A stretch of DNA of 64,000 bases from the NCBI GenBank assembly GCA_965208575.1, contig CBDBOV010000004.1, positions 384,001-448,000 of the forward strand, given 5' to 3'. Below the pieces are notes generated by a model that had not been told where the DNA came from, did not search any database, and saw nothing but the letters and a program-made list of their open reading frames with translations. Positions 49,709 through 58,978 of the stretch are shown here, piece by piece. This DNA comes from Spirochaetia bacterium. Lineage in GTDB: Bacteria > Spirochaetota > Spirochaetia > SZUA-6 > Bin103. Each line of letters begins with the position of its first letter. Position 1 is the stretch's first letter. Made by a program: the position numbers and the translations under genes.

Positions 49709-50712
49709 CCTTCGGCCCTCTTCTCGAACCGGATCCGTGGATCAGCGGCCACCAGCAGCAGGTCCGAAATGAACGTGCCGATGATACCGAGGGCCCCCAA
49801 CATCAACAGAAAACCGGCTGCCAACAGCATGTCCTGTCGTAACAGCGCATTCAGCAGCATGGGTCCCGTCGTAGGAAGCGCCAGCACAATAGAGGTCAGG
49901 GCTGAGCCGGAAAGCAGAAACGGCAACAGACCGCCGAGGGAGGCGACGATGGGGTTGAGTGCGACCCGGACCGGATACTTGAACAGCAGCGAGCGTTCGG
50001 GCGCGCCCTTGGCCCTCGCTGTGATCACGTACTGCTTGCGCAGTTCGTCCAGGAGCGATCCACGAAAGACGCGGATGATTGACGCGGTACCGGCAGTCGC
50101 CAGTATGAGCACCGGCGCCGGGAGATGTTTCAGCATGTCGATGACTTTGGCAAAGCTCCACGGTGCATCGCTGAAACGAGTGGAAAAGAGCCCGGTGATG
50201 TTCCACCCGAGGTAACGAAATGCCAGCCACATGAAGATCAGTGCCAGCAGGAAGTTGGGTGTCGCCAGACCCACAAACCCCAGCGTCGTAAAGGCATAGT
50301 CGCCAACCGAGTATTGGTGGGTGGCGGAGTAGATACCGATGGGTATCGCGACGGCGTACACCAAAATAATGGTGATAAAGGAAATTGTCGCCGTGAGGGC
50401 GATGCGCTCCCCGATCAATTCGCCTACCGGCTGCTGCCAGTAGAACGAGCGGCCGAAGTCACCTTTGAGCACGTTTCCGAGCCAACTGAGGTACTGAACG
50501 ATCAGCGGTCTGTCCAGCCCGTAACGGGCGCGGATCAGCGCCTCCTGTTCCGCATCCAACACCGTATTGGTACCTGCCGTCCGCACGCTGTTGACGACAA
50601 AATCTGCGTAGTCCCCCTCCGGGAGCTGGATGATGGCGAACACGGCTGCTGACAGCAGGAAGAGCGTCACCACCATGTACAGAAACCGATTGAGGACGTA
50701 CTTGACAGACAT
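49705..50712 (-). CDS. Dpp/Opp-type ABC permease (B subunit)
   Basis: IQLPEGDY, YVITARAKG, DPRIRF; start moved to ATG 50712. Confidence 0.93.
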   Translation of the reverse strand: MSVKYVLNRFLYMVVTLFLLSAAVFAIIQLPEGDYADFVVNSVRTAGTNTVLDAEQEALIRARYGLDRPLIVQYLSWLGNVLKGDFGRSFYWQQPVGELIGERIALTATISFITIILVYAVAIPIGIYSATHQYSVGDYAFTTLGFVGLATPNFLLALIFMWLAFRYLGWNITGLFSTRFSDAPWSFAKVIDMLKHLPAPVLILATAGTASIIRVFRGSLLDELRKQYVITARAKGAPERSLLFKYPVRVALNPIVASLGGLLPFLLSGSALTSIVLALPTTGPMLLNALLRQDMLLAAGFLLMLGALGIIGTFISDLLLVAADPRIRFEKRAEG

Positions 50713-50774
50713 ATCAGCTTTGTTGCCGGCGTGCGCGGCGCAGGGACGGTGGGACTCTGGACACCAATGGGCCC

Positions 50775-50815
50775 GCGTCAGCGGCTGCGTACTATCCGTA
50801 CGCAGCCGCTGACGC
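50775..50815. repeat. Perfect 18-bp intercistronic hairpin
   Basis: GCGTCAGCGGCTGCGTAC-TATCC-GTACGCAGCCGCTGACGC between SBP and permease. Confidence 0.85.
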
Positions 50816-50839
50816 AAGCTTGGGCGCCCGACGCTTGCG

Positions 50840-52876
50840 CTAGCGCCGCGACGCATCCTTGAAGTAGAGCTGGTCATTGAAGTAGTTGAGCTCACCATTC
50901 CAAGTCATCCACGGTAGCAATCCCGTTGGCGTATTGCCGAGGTCGGTGCCGGCAATGTAGAGCTGTGGTGCCAGCCCCACGGTGCCGATCAGATACAGTT
51001 GCTCGGCATGATAATCGTAGAGCTTGGTGACTGCCTCGACGTACTCCGGGGTACCGGTAAGCATATTCGCGGCGGCCTCAAAGTTGCGAGACCACTCCTT
51101 CCAGTGCTCGGGCGGCTCTTCCACCATGTTCGGCGGGGGGCTGTAGGAATAGGCTGATCCCGGGTCGCGCTGAAAGCTGGAACCTTGCGGGGTGCCGCCG
51201 TTCTGAACATAGAACCACTCATTCCATCCCATTGCCCAACGGAGGTCAGCTTGCCGTACGTTATGCATAATACCTGTGGCGGCGAACTCGGTAGCCTCCC
51301 GAATGAGCCCAAAGCTCGCGTCGGCGGTGTCCGGGTCGATCTCCCACCAAGTGTCTCCTCCCGTTTCCGGAAAAACGGGTTTCAGGATCAGTTTCACCCC
51401 CACATCCGCCCACTGATCGATCAGCAACTCTACCGTGCCGATTGCGGTGGGTTGATCGCCCCTGCCGGCTTCTACATACATCACAATTTCCAGCGGCTCG
51501 CCGTTTGACATCAGGCGGGTCCCATCGCTGCTTCTTTGGGTCAGTCCAAGCTCGTCGAGCATAGTGTTCGCCAGGTCGGGGTCGTACTGCGCCCACGCCT
51601 GCTCCCACTCCGGATTGAACCAGCTGACGCTCGGACCAATGGTGAACTGCCGCGGAACTCCCTGACCGGCGTACAGGACCTCGTTAATGTCCTCGCGGTC
51701 AATGGCGATCGACATCGCCTGGCGAAATCTCACGTCCTGGTAGAGCTCCCGCTTGATCGGATCGCCGTTATTTACGTTGAAGGCGACCCCCCCATCACTG
51801 GCGTTGAAGCCGGGTAGAGCGGAGACACGGTACCCTCCGGCGGCCTCGTTTTCCTTGAACAGCGTAAAGTTTTCAAAGGCAACGCTCATGAAGCCGACAT
51901 CCGATTCACCTGAGAGGATGCGCGCCGTGTACACCTCCGTGTCGGCCACGACGCTGATCACCACACGGTCGACATAGGGCAGTTGATTGCCCTCCTCATC
52001 CACGCGGAAGTAGTAGGGATTGCGGACGAAGCGCTTTACGGTGGTGTCCCGGGACTCATAATTCCACGGGTAGGTAACCGGTCGCCAAACGCCATCGGCC
52101 GAGGGTTGTCTATTGTGCCAGAAGTAGTGGTGCTGTGCGGCAGCTTTCCAGTCGGCGAACCCCAGCTCTTTAGCGAGCGCCTCTGCGTCGGGGTTGTACC
52201 TTGGGAAGAACCGCTCCAGGTAGTGTTTGGGTGCGTACATCTGCCAGTCGGAGCCGGGCCACAAGCCCATCTTTGTGTAGTCGCCTACGGCACCGCCGGC
52301 CGCGTGCAGCTCCACCGTGTAGTCATCGATCCTGTCGATTGACTGGAACGTCAGTTGGCCCTTCCAGGATTCGAGACCTTCCGTCGCTTGGATGTCCTCC
52401 CACATGAACACAAAGTCGTCCGCTGTAAGCGGCGCGCCGTCGGACCACTTCATGCCCTCACGCAGATGGAGAATAACTGAGGTCTGGTCGGGGCCCAGTT
52501 CAACCGACTTCGCGATGTCTCCTTGCAGCTGCATGTTCGCATCGTAGGCGCCGAGAGAACCTCCGGCGTCCGGCATCTCGCTCAGATCACCCCAGGGGGT
52601 TATGTTCATCATCGCCGAATGCAGCGTGCCGCCATAGAGGCCGATATCATCAACCCCGCCTCCTACCAACGGCCGCACCGAAGGTTCCAGCGGGAGTCGC
52701 TCTTCCACCGGCGGCAGCTCGCCCGCGGCCACCATAGCGGCCAGCATCGGCGCCTCGCCGTACTGGCCTGTCCGTACCGGAGCGCCCGTCTCACCTTCTT
52801 CTGGCTCTGCCCCTGCATAGAGGGCTCCGCCGGTCAGCACAGTCAGCACGAGAGCCAAAACGATTGTCCTATTCAT
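50840..52876 (-). CDS. ABC solute-binding protein, family 5
   Basis: GEAPMLAAMVAAGELPPVEERLP, KWSDG, NQLPYVD, FRQAMS. Confidence 0.94.
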   Translation of the reverse strand: MNRTIVLALVLTVLTGGALYAGAEPEEGETGAPVRTGQYGEAPMLAAMVAAGELPPVEERLPLEPSVRPLVGGGVDDIGLYGGTLHSAMMNITPWGDLSEMPDAGGSLGAYDANMQLQGDIAKSVELGPDQTSVILHLREGMKWSDGAPLTADDFVFMWEDIQATEGLESWKGQLTFQSIDRIDDYTVELHAAGGAVGDYTKMGLWPGSDWQMYAPKHYLERFFPRYNPDAEALAKELGFADWKAAAQHHYFWHNRQPSADGVWRPVTYPWNYESRDTTVKRFVRNPYYFRVDEEGNQLPYVDRVVISVVADTEVYTARILSGESDVGFMSVAFENFTLFKENEAAGGYRVSALPGFNASDGGVAFNVNNGDPIKRELYQDVRFRQAMSIAIDREDINEVLYAGQGVPRQFTIGPSVSWFNPEWEQAWAQYDPDLANTMLDELGLTQRSSDGTRLMSNGEPLEIVMYVEAGRGDQPTAIGTVELLIDQWADVGVKLILKPVFPETGGDTWWEIDPDTADASFGLIREATEFAATGIMHNVRQADLRWAMGWNEWFYVQNGGTPQGSSFQRDPGSAYSYSPPPNMVEEPPEHWKEWSRNFEAAANMLTGTPEYVEAVTKLYDYHAEQLYLIGTVGLAPQLYIAGTDLGNTPTGLLPWMTWNGELNYFNDQLYFKDASRR

Positions 52877-53072
52877 AGATCCTTTCCCTCATAAAGATTT
52901 GCCTGGAATTGATAGTTCGGCGCCAAAGGCGCCTTCTCGCCCTATGTAATATATACTGCACGCTGACGTCAACGCGCTCCTGTGCGTGCAGCGCCAACTC
53001 ATGCGTGCGTTACGTTGACGCCACAGCGGTCTGCGCGATAGGGTTGCGCAACGATTCTCAGCAAGGAGGAAT

Positions 53073-55094
53073 ATGGTGAGAAAGGTATGGCGAGTGGCGC
53101 TTGCCGTCCTCATTGCCGGCTTGGCGGCTGCTGCCGCGTTCGCCGGCGGGGAGGGTGAAGGCGACGTACAGATGTCCGCGCCGGCGGCCGAGATGATGGC
53201 CGAGTACGGCGACGTGTGGCAGTGGGACACCCTGCAGGACTACGAGCGCGACACCGGCAACACGATCACCCAGTTCGGCGAGGCGCCGATGCTGGCGGCG
53301 ATGGTGGCGGCCGGAGAGTTGCCCCCGGTCGACGAACGGCTGCCGGAGGAGCCGCTGGTGTTCAACGTGTTCGAGGGCATCGGCACCTACGGCGGAACGC
53401 TCAAGACGGCCTCGATCGGCACCGAGTACACCGAGGTGACGCCGATTCGCGGGCTGGTCGGCGCCGTGCAGACCGCCAACCGCGGTCCGGGCAAGCCGAT
53501 CGACATCGTGCCCTACATCCACAAGGGATGGGAAATGTCGGACGACCAGAAGACCGTCACCCTGTACATGCGGCGCGGCATGAAGTGGTCCGACGGCCAC
53601 CCCTACACCGCGGACGACGTGATGTTCTCGTTCGAGGACTTCCTGCTCATCGACGAGTTCCCGTCCGGCTGGCATCGCAGCGGCTGGGGGCCGATGACGC
53701 ACGCCGAGAAGGTGGACGACTACACGGTGCGGCTGCACTACTCCGACCCGTTTCCGACGCTGCCGGGCTGGTACGAGTTCTGGGGCGGCTGGCATCCGCA
53801 CTCCTATCCCAAGCACTACCTCTCCAAGTACCACGCCAAGTACAACGACAACGCCGACGCCCTGGCCAAGGAGGAAGGCTTCGACAACTGGGTGCAGGCA
53901 GTGTGGCAGAAACAGAGCAGCGGCGGCGACTTCCGGGTCCAGGACATCGACACGCCGAGCACCAAGCCGTGGAACCACGAGGAGATCACCACCACCTACG
54001 TCCTCCACGTGCGCAATCCATACCACTTCGCCATCGACCCGGCCGGCAACCAGCTCCCCTACATCGACCGCCTGCGGGTGGAGACGGTGGCCGACTCCGA
54101 GACCCTCAACCTGAAGATAATCGCCGGCGAGCTGTCGATTGCCGCCCTCGGACTGGCAACGCCCGACTTCCCGCTGTTCAAGGAAAACGAGGAGTCGGGT
54201 AACTACCAGACGCTGATGTGGCCGCGTGCCGCCGGCGCCGAGAGCTTTTACGCGTTCAACCTCACGCACCAGGATCCGGCGCAGCGCGAGGTATTCCAGG
54301 ACGTGCGCTTCCGGCAGGCGATGTCGCTGGCCATCAACCGCGAGGAGATCAACAAGGTGCTGTTCTTCGGGCTCGCGGTCCCGCGGCAGGCGGCGATGGA
54401 TCCCGAGAACTCCTTCTACAAGGAGGAGTGGGCGACCCGCCACGCGGAGTACGATCCCGATACCGCGAACCGGCTGCTTGACGAAATGGGCCTTGAGCGC
54501 GGCGGCGACGGGTTCCGCCTGCGGCCCGACGGCGAAGTGCTGCACGCCCAGATTCTGATTCCGCTGGAGTGGCCGATCCACGTGGCGATCGGCGAGTTGG
54601 TGGCCGAGTATTGGCAGGACGTGGGCGTGAAGGTGGACCCGCGCTCGTACAGCATCGACCTGGTGGGCGAGCGGCTGGGCACCAACGACTATGACATTGC
54701 CGTCTGGTTCCTGCGCCGCACCAACGAGAGCAAGGGCTACCTGCCGTCCAACAAGTTCACCTCCCCGGACGGCCACTACGCTCCCCTGTGGTGGGCGTGG
54801 CACAATTCCGGTGGCGAGAGCGGCGAGGAGCCGCCGCCTGAGTTCCAGGATTTCTTCGAGCTGGCCGGTCAGTGGTACATCACGGCCGACAAGGCCGAGC
54901 GCGACCGCATCGCGACGCAACTGTTCGACTTCGCTTCCGAGCAGGTGCTGCTGATCGGTACGGTCGGCTACGCCCCGATTCCGGTCGTCGTCGGCAACGA
55001 GATGGGCAACGTCCCGCGCGACGTACGGTACATCGGCGACGACGTGCAGTTCCTCCGTGACGTCAAGCCCGACCAGTGGTACATCAAGCAATAG
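53073..55094 (+). CDS. ABC solute-binding protein, family 5
   Basis: TTGACG-N18-TAGGGT promoter, RBS AGGAGG; same motifs as above. Confidence 0.94.
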   Translation: MVRKVWRVALAVLIAGLAAAAAFAGGEGEGDVQMSAPAAEMMAEYGDVWQWDTLQDYERDTGNTITQFGEAPMLAAMVAAGELPPVDERLPEEPLVFNVFEGIGTYGGTLKTASIGTEYTEVTPIRGLVGAVQTANRGPGKPIDIVPYIHKGWEMSDDQKTVTLYMRRGMKWSDGHPYTADDVMFSFEDFLLIDEFPSGWHRSGWGPMTHAEKVDDYTVRLHYSDPFPTLPGWYEFWGGWHPHSYPKHYLSKYHAKYNDNADALAKEEGFDNWVQAVWQKQSSGGDFRVQDIDTPSTKPWNHEEITTTYVLHVRNPYHFAIDPAGNQLPYIDRLRVETVADSETLNLKIIAGELSIAALGLATPDFPLFKENEESGNYQTLMWPRAAGAESFYAFNLTHQDPAQREVFQDVRFRQAMSLAINREEINKVLFFGLAVPRQAAMDPENSFYKEEWATRHAEYDPDTANRLLDEMGLERGGDGFRLRPDGEVLHAQILIPLEWPIHVAIGELVAEYWQDVGVKVDPRSYSIDLVGERLGTNDYDIAVWFLRRTNESKGYLPSNKFTSPDGHYAPLWWAWHNSGGESGEEPPPEFQDFFELAGQWYITADKAERDRIATQLFDFASEQVLLIGTVGYAPIPVVVGNEMGNVPRDVRYIGDDVQFLRDVKPDQWYIKQ

Positions 55095-55169
55095 TTCAGG
55101 CGATCGTCGCTGCAGGAGGCCCGCTCGCGCGGGCCTCCTGCATATAGGGGATAGGAGCTAACCGCACGG

Positions 55170-56171
55170 ATGACCGCGTACGTGGTGCGCAGAGTGTTCT
55201 ACATGATGATCACCCTGGCACTGGTATCGGTGGTGGGCTTTGCCATCATCCAGTTGCCCCCGGGCGACTTCCTGACTACCCACCTGCGCCAGCTCGGGCT
55301 TACCGGCACCCAGCTCACCGAGGAGGAACTGCAAGACATCCGTGCCTACTACGGGTTGGACAAACCGGGCTACATGCAGTACTTCGTGTGGGTCGGCAAC
55401 ATGTTGCGCGGCGACCTCGGCGAGTCGTACTCGTACCGGATCCCGGTCGGGGAACTGTTGGGGGACCGGCTGCCGCTCACGGTGCTGGTGTCGCTGCTGA
55501 CCATCGTGGTCACCTTTCTGCTGGCCGTGCCGATCGGCATCTACTCGGCCACTCATCAATACTCGCTCGGCGACTACACGGCCACCGTGTTCGGCTTCAT
55601 CGGGCTGGCCACGCCCAACTTCATGCTCGCCCTGCTGCTGATGTGGATTTCGCTGAGCTGGTTCGGTTTCCCCATCACCGGGCTGTTCTCGTCCGAGTAC
55701 CTGGATCAGCCGTGGAGCGTGGCCAAGTTCCTGGACATGCTGTTGCATCTGCCGGTCGCCATTCTGGTAGTGGCCACCGGCGGAACCGCCGGCCTGATTC
55801 GGATTATGCGCGGCTCGCTGCTGGACGAACTGCAGAAGCAGTACGTGATCACTGCGCGCTCGAAGGGGCTGGAGGAGGGCGCGCTGCTGTTCAAGTACCC
55901 GGTGCGCATCGCCATCAACCCGATCATCAGCGGTATCGGCGCCGTGTTCCCGGAGATCGTCTCCGGAACGATCATCACGGCCATCGTGCTCAACCTGCCG
56001 ACCGTGGGGCCGCTGCTGTTCAACGCGCTCACCCAGGAAGACATGCAGCTCGCGGCGAGCATCGTGATGGTGCTCTCGGTCCTTACCATCATCGGGGTGT
56101 TCGTGTCCGACATGCTGCTGCTGTGGCTCGACCCGCGCATCCGCTTCGGGGCGGGAAGGAGCACGGCATGA
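55170..56171 (+). CDS. Dpp/Opp-type ABC permease (B subunit)
   Basis: IQLPPGDF, YVITARSKG, LDPRIRF. Confidence 0.93.
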   Translation: MTAYVVRRVFYMMITLALVSVVGFAIIQLPPGDFLTTHLRQLGLTGTQLTEEELQDIRAYYGLDKPGYMQYFVWVGNMLRGDLGESYSYRIPVGELLGDRLPLTVLVSLLTIVVTFLLAVPIGIYSATHQYSLGDYTATVFGFIGLATPNFMLALLLMWISLSWFGFPITGLFSSEYLDQPWSVAKFLDMLLHLPVAILVVATGGTAGLIRIMRGSLLDELQKQYVITARSKGLEEGALLFKYPVRIAINPIISGIGAVFPEIVSGTIITAIVLNLPTVGPLLFNALTQEDMQLAASIVMVLSVLTIIGVFVSDMLLLWLDPRIRFGAGRSTA

Positions 56172-57313
56172 GCGACAGCAAACCCCGGTCGGGCGAGGCG
56201 GGACTGCTCGCCACCGAGGAGGATGCGTCGGAGCGCTACTACCTCGCGTCGCAGTGGACCCTGATGCGGCGCCGCTTCACGCGCCACCGCCTGGCCCTGA
56301 TCGGGCTGGTGGTGCTGGGGCTGCTCTACTTCGTGGCCCTGTTCGCCGAGTTCTTCGCCACCCAGGACATCTACCGGCGCGACTCCGACCACCTGTACGC
56401 GCCGCCGCAGCGCATCCGCTTCATGGGCGAAGACGGCCTCTCGCTGCGCCCGTTCGTGTACCCGTGGCGGGTCGAGCTCGACCTGGAGACGTTCCGCAAC
56501 CGCTACGCCCCGGACACCTCGCGCAAGGCGTACCTGCGCTTGTTCGCCCGCGGCGACGAATACGAGCTGTGGGGCGTGTTCCCGAGCCGCATACACCTGC
56601 TCGGGGTCGACGAAGGCACCCTGTTCCTGCTGGGCGCCGACAAGTTCGGGCGCGACATCTACTCGCGCACGCTGTACGCCGCCCGCACCTCGCTGTCGAT
56701 CGGCCTGGTCGGCGTGGCCCTGGCGTTCGTGCTCGGCTGCACGTTCGGCGGCATTTCCGGCTTCTTCGGCGGCGCCGCCGACATGGCGATTCAGCGCCTG
56801 ATCGAGTTCATGCAGTCGATCCCCTCCATTCCGCTGTGGATGGCGCTGTCGGCCGCGGTGCCGCGCCAGTGGGGGCCGCTGCAAGTGTACCTCGGGATCA
56901 CCATCATTCTGTCGCTGCTGGCCTGGACCGGGCTGGCGCGGGTGGTGCGCGGCAAGCTGCTGCAGTTGCGCGAGGAGGACTTCGTGATGGCGGCGGCGAT
57001 CGCCGGTTCCACCGCGACCAGCATCATCGTGCGCCACCTGCTGCCCTCCTTCCTGAGCTTCCTGATCGTGTCGCTGACGCTGTCGATACCGGGCATGATC
57101 CTGGGCGAGACCGCGTTGAGCTTCCTCGGCCTGGGGCTGCGCCCGCCCACGGTGAGCTGGGGCGTGCTGCTCAAGGAGGCGCAGAACGTGCGCACTATCG
57201 AACTGCACCCGTGGATGATGATTCCCGGCCTGCTGGTGATCGTCACGGTGCTATGCTACAACTTCGTCGGCGACGGCCTGCGCGACGCCGCCGACCCGTA
57301 CAAGAGCAATTAG
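56168..57313 (+). CDS. Dpp/Opp-type ABC permease (C subunit)
   Basis: ATGA overlap; LGADKFGRDIYSR, GDGLRDAADPY. Confidence 0.93.
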   Translation: MSDSKPRSGEAGLLATEEDASERYYLASQWTLMRRRFTRHRLALIGLVVLGLLYFVALFAEFFATQDIYRRDSDHLYAPPQRIRFMGEDGLSLRPFVYPWRVELDLETFRNRYAPDTSRKAYLRLFARGDEYELWGVFPSRIHLLGVDEGTLFLLGADKFGRDIYSRTLYAARTSLSIGLVGVALAFVLGCTFGGISGFFGGAADMAIQRLIEFMQSIPSIPLWMALSAAVPRQWGPLQVYLGITIILSLLAWTGLARVVRGKLLQLREEDFVMAAAIAGSTATSIIVRHLLPSFLSFLIVSLTLSIPGMILGETALSFLGLGLRPPTVSWGVLLKEAQNVRTIELHPWMMIPGLLVIVTVLCYNFVGDGLRDAADPYKSN

Positions 57314-57321
57314 CGGCGTTC

Positions 57322-58953
57322 ATGATCTGGCCACGCGCTCTCGGGCTGACGCTGCTGTTCTGTGCAATGTGCCCCACCCTGGTTCCGGCGGACCCGCGGG
57401 TGACCCACCGGGCGCAGCCGGTGGTGGCGGGAGCGGAGTGCAGCGGGGCGTTCGTGTCCCATCCCCTGCCCCACACCACCGTGTTCTCGCCGCAGCGGGG
57501 GCCGATCTTCGCCGGCGTCGGTTCGGCGCTCGGCCTGGGCGACCTGGACAACGACGGCGACATCGACATCGTGCTGGCCAACCTGGACGGACCGAGCAGC
57601 ATCCTGTGGAACGGCGGTGCGCTCACCTTCTCGCGCCGGGAGTTGGCGGCCGACAACGCGCGCGCGGTCAACATCGTGGACTTCGACGGCGACGGCTGGC
57701 AGGACCTTGTCCTCTCCCACCCCGGCAACCCGCCGAGCCTGTGGCTCAGCGCCGCCGCCGACGGGACGCGCACCTTCGTGCGCACCGAGGGCTTCGGGCC
57801 GTGGCACGTGCTCAACGCGATCGCCCTGGCGGACGTGGACCGCGACGGCGACCTGGACCTGGCGGGCGCGAGCTACGACGGCGAGATCGCCGAGTTCTAC
57901 GACGGCTTCGTGATCGGCGGCGGCGTCGCCTATTACGAGAACGTCGACGGCAAGCTGCACGCGTTCGAGTTGGTGCGCCACGCGCATGCGCTTGCGATGC
58001 TGCTGACCGATCTGGACGGCGACGGGCGGCTCGACATCCTGGTCGGCAACGACTTCGAGCTGCCGGACTACGCCTTCCTGTGGACTCCGGACGGGTTCCG
58101 GATCCGCAACGTGCTGCCGCGCATGCCGCGCAACACGATGAGCCTCGACGCTGCCGACATTGACAACGACGGCCGGCTCGAGTTGTTCAGCGCCGACATG
58201 AAGCCCTACGCCGATGATGCCGCCACCCGCGCGGCGTGGGGCGCCCTGAAGGCGAACTACGACGCGCTGGCCGCCGATGATCCGCAGATCGAGGAGAACA
58301 CACTGCTGGTGGGCAGCGTCGCCGAGGGCTTCGAGAATCGCGCCCCGGACAGCGGCGTGGACGCCAGTGGCTGGAGCTGGTCGGCCAAGTTCGCCGACCT
58401 GGACAACGACGGGCTGCAGGATCTGTACGTGGTCAACGGCATGTACAGCGAGGACTCCTTCGGGCACCTTCCCGGCGCCGAGCTGATCGAAGAGAACCAG
58501 GTGTTTCGCAACCAGGGCGGCGGCAAGTTCCGCCGTGCCCCGGAGTGGGGCCTGGGCAGCACCGCCGGCGGCCGCGGCATGAGCATGGCCGACCTCGACG
58601 GCGACGGCGACCTCGACATCGTGGTGAACAACCTGCGCGCGCCGGCGGAGGTGCTGGAGAACCGGCTGTGCGGCGGCGCGAGCCTGCAGGTGGACCTGCG
58701 GTGGCCCGGCAGCGGCAACACCCGCGCCATCGGTTCGCGCCTCATCTTGCACGCGTCGACCGGGACCTACCTGCGCGAGATCCGCAGCTCCAGCGGTTTC
58801 CTGTCCGGCGACCCCGGCCGCGTCCACTTCGGCTTCCCGGAGGGCGCCGCGCTGCAGCGGTTGGAAATCTCCTGGCCCGACGGCGCCCGCTCCACCCTGC
58901 CCGCTCCCGCCGCCAACACCCTGCTCACCGTGCGGCGGGCAACCCTGCGGTAG
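57322..58953 (+). CDS. CRTAC1-family secreted protein (FG-GAP repeats + ASPIC/UnbV domain)
   Basis: About seven DxDxDGxxD repeats; NTRAIGSR, SSSGFLS, VHFG, ISWPDG. Confidence 0.9.
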   Translation: MIWPRALGLTLLFCAMCPTLVPADPRVTHRAQPVVAGAECSGAFVSHPLPHTTVFSPQRGPIFAGVGSALGLGDLDNDGDIDIVLANLDGPSSILWNGGALTFSRRELAADNARAVNIVDFDGDGWQDLVLSHPGNPPSLWLSAAADGTRTFVRTEGFGPWHVLNAIALADVDRDGDLDLAGASYDGEIAEFYDGFVIGGGVAYYENVDGKLHAFELVRHAHALAMLLTDLDGDGRLDILVGNDFELPDYAFLWTPDGFRIRNVLPRMPRNTMSLDAADIDNDGRLELFSADMKPYADDAATRAAWGALKANYDALAADDPQIEENTLLVGSVAEGFENRAPDSGVDASGWSWSAKFADLDNDGLQDLYVVNGMYSEDSFGHLPGAELIEENQVFRNQGGGKFRRAPEWGLGSTAGGRGMSMADLDGDGDLDIVVNNLRAPAEVLENRLCGGASLQVDLRWPGSGNTRAIGSRLILHASTGTYLREIRSSSGFLSGDPGRVHFGFPEGAALQRLEISWPDGARSTLPAPAANTLLTVRRATLR

Positions 58954-58978
58954 CCGACACGCCGCCCGCCGGTCCGCC

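Noticed and set aside
46551-55094. DGR template/variable repeat pair
   Set aside because: This is a whole-gene duplication with many synonymous, non-adenine-specific changes and no RT.
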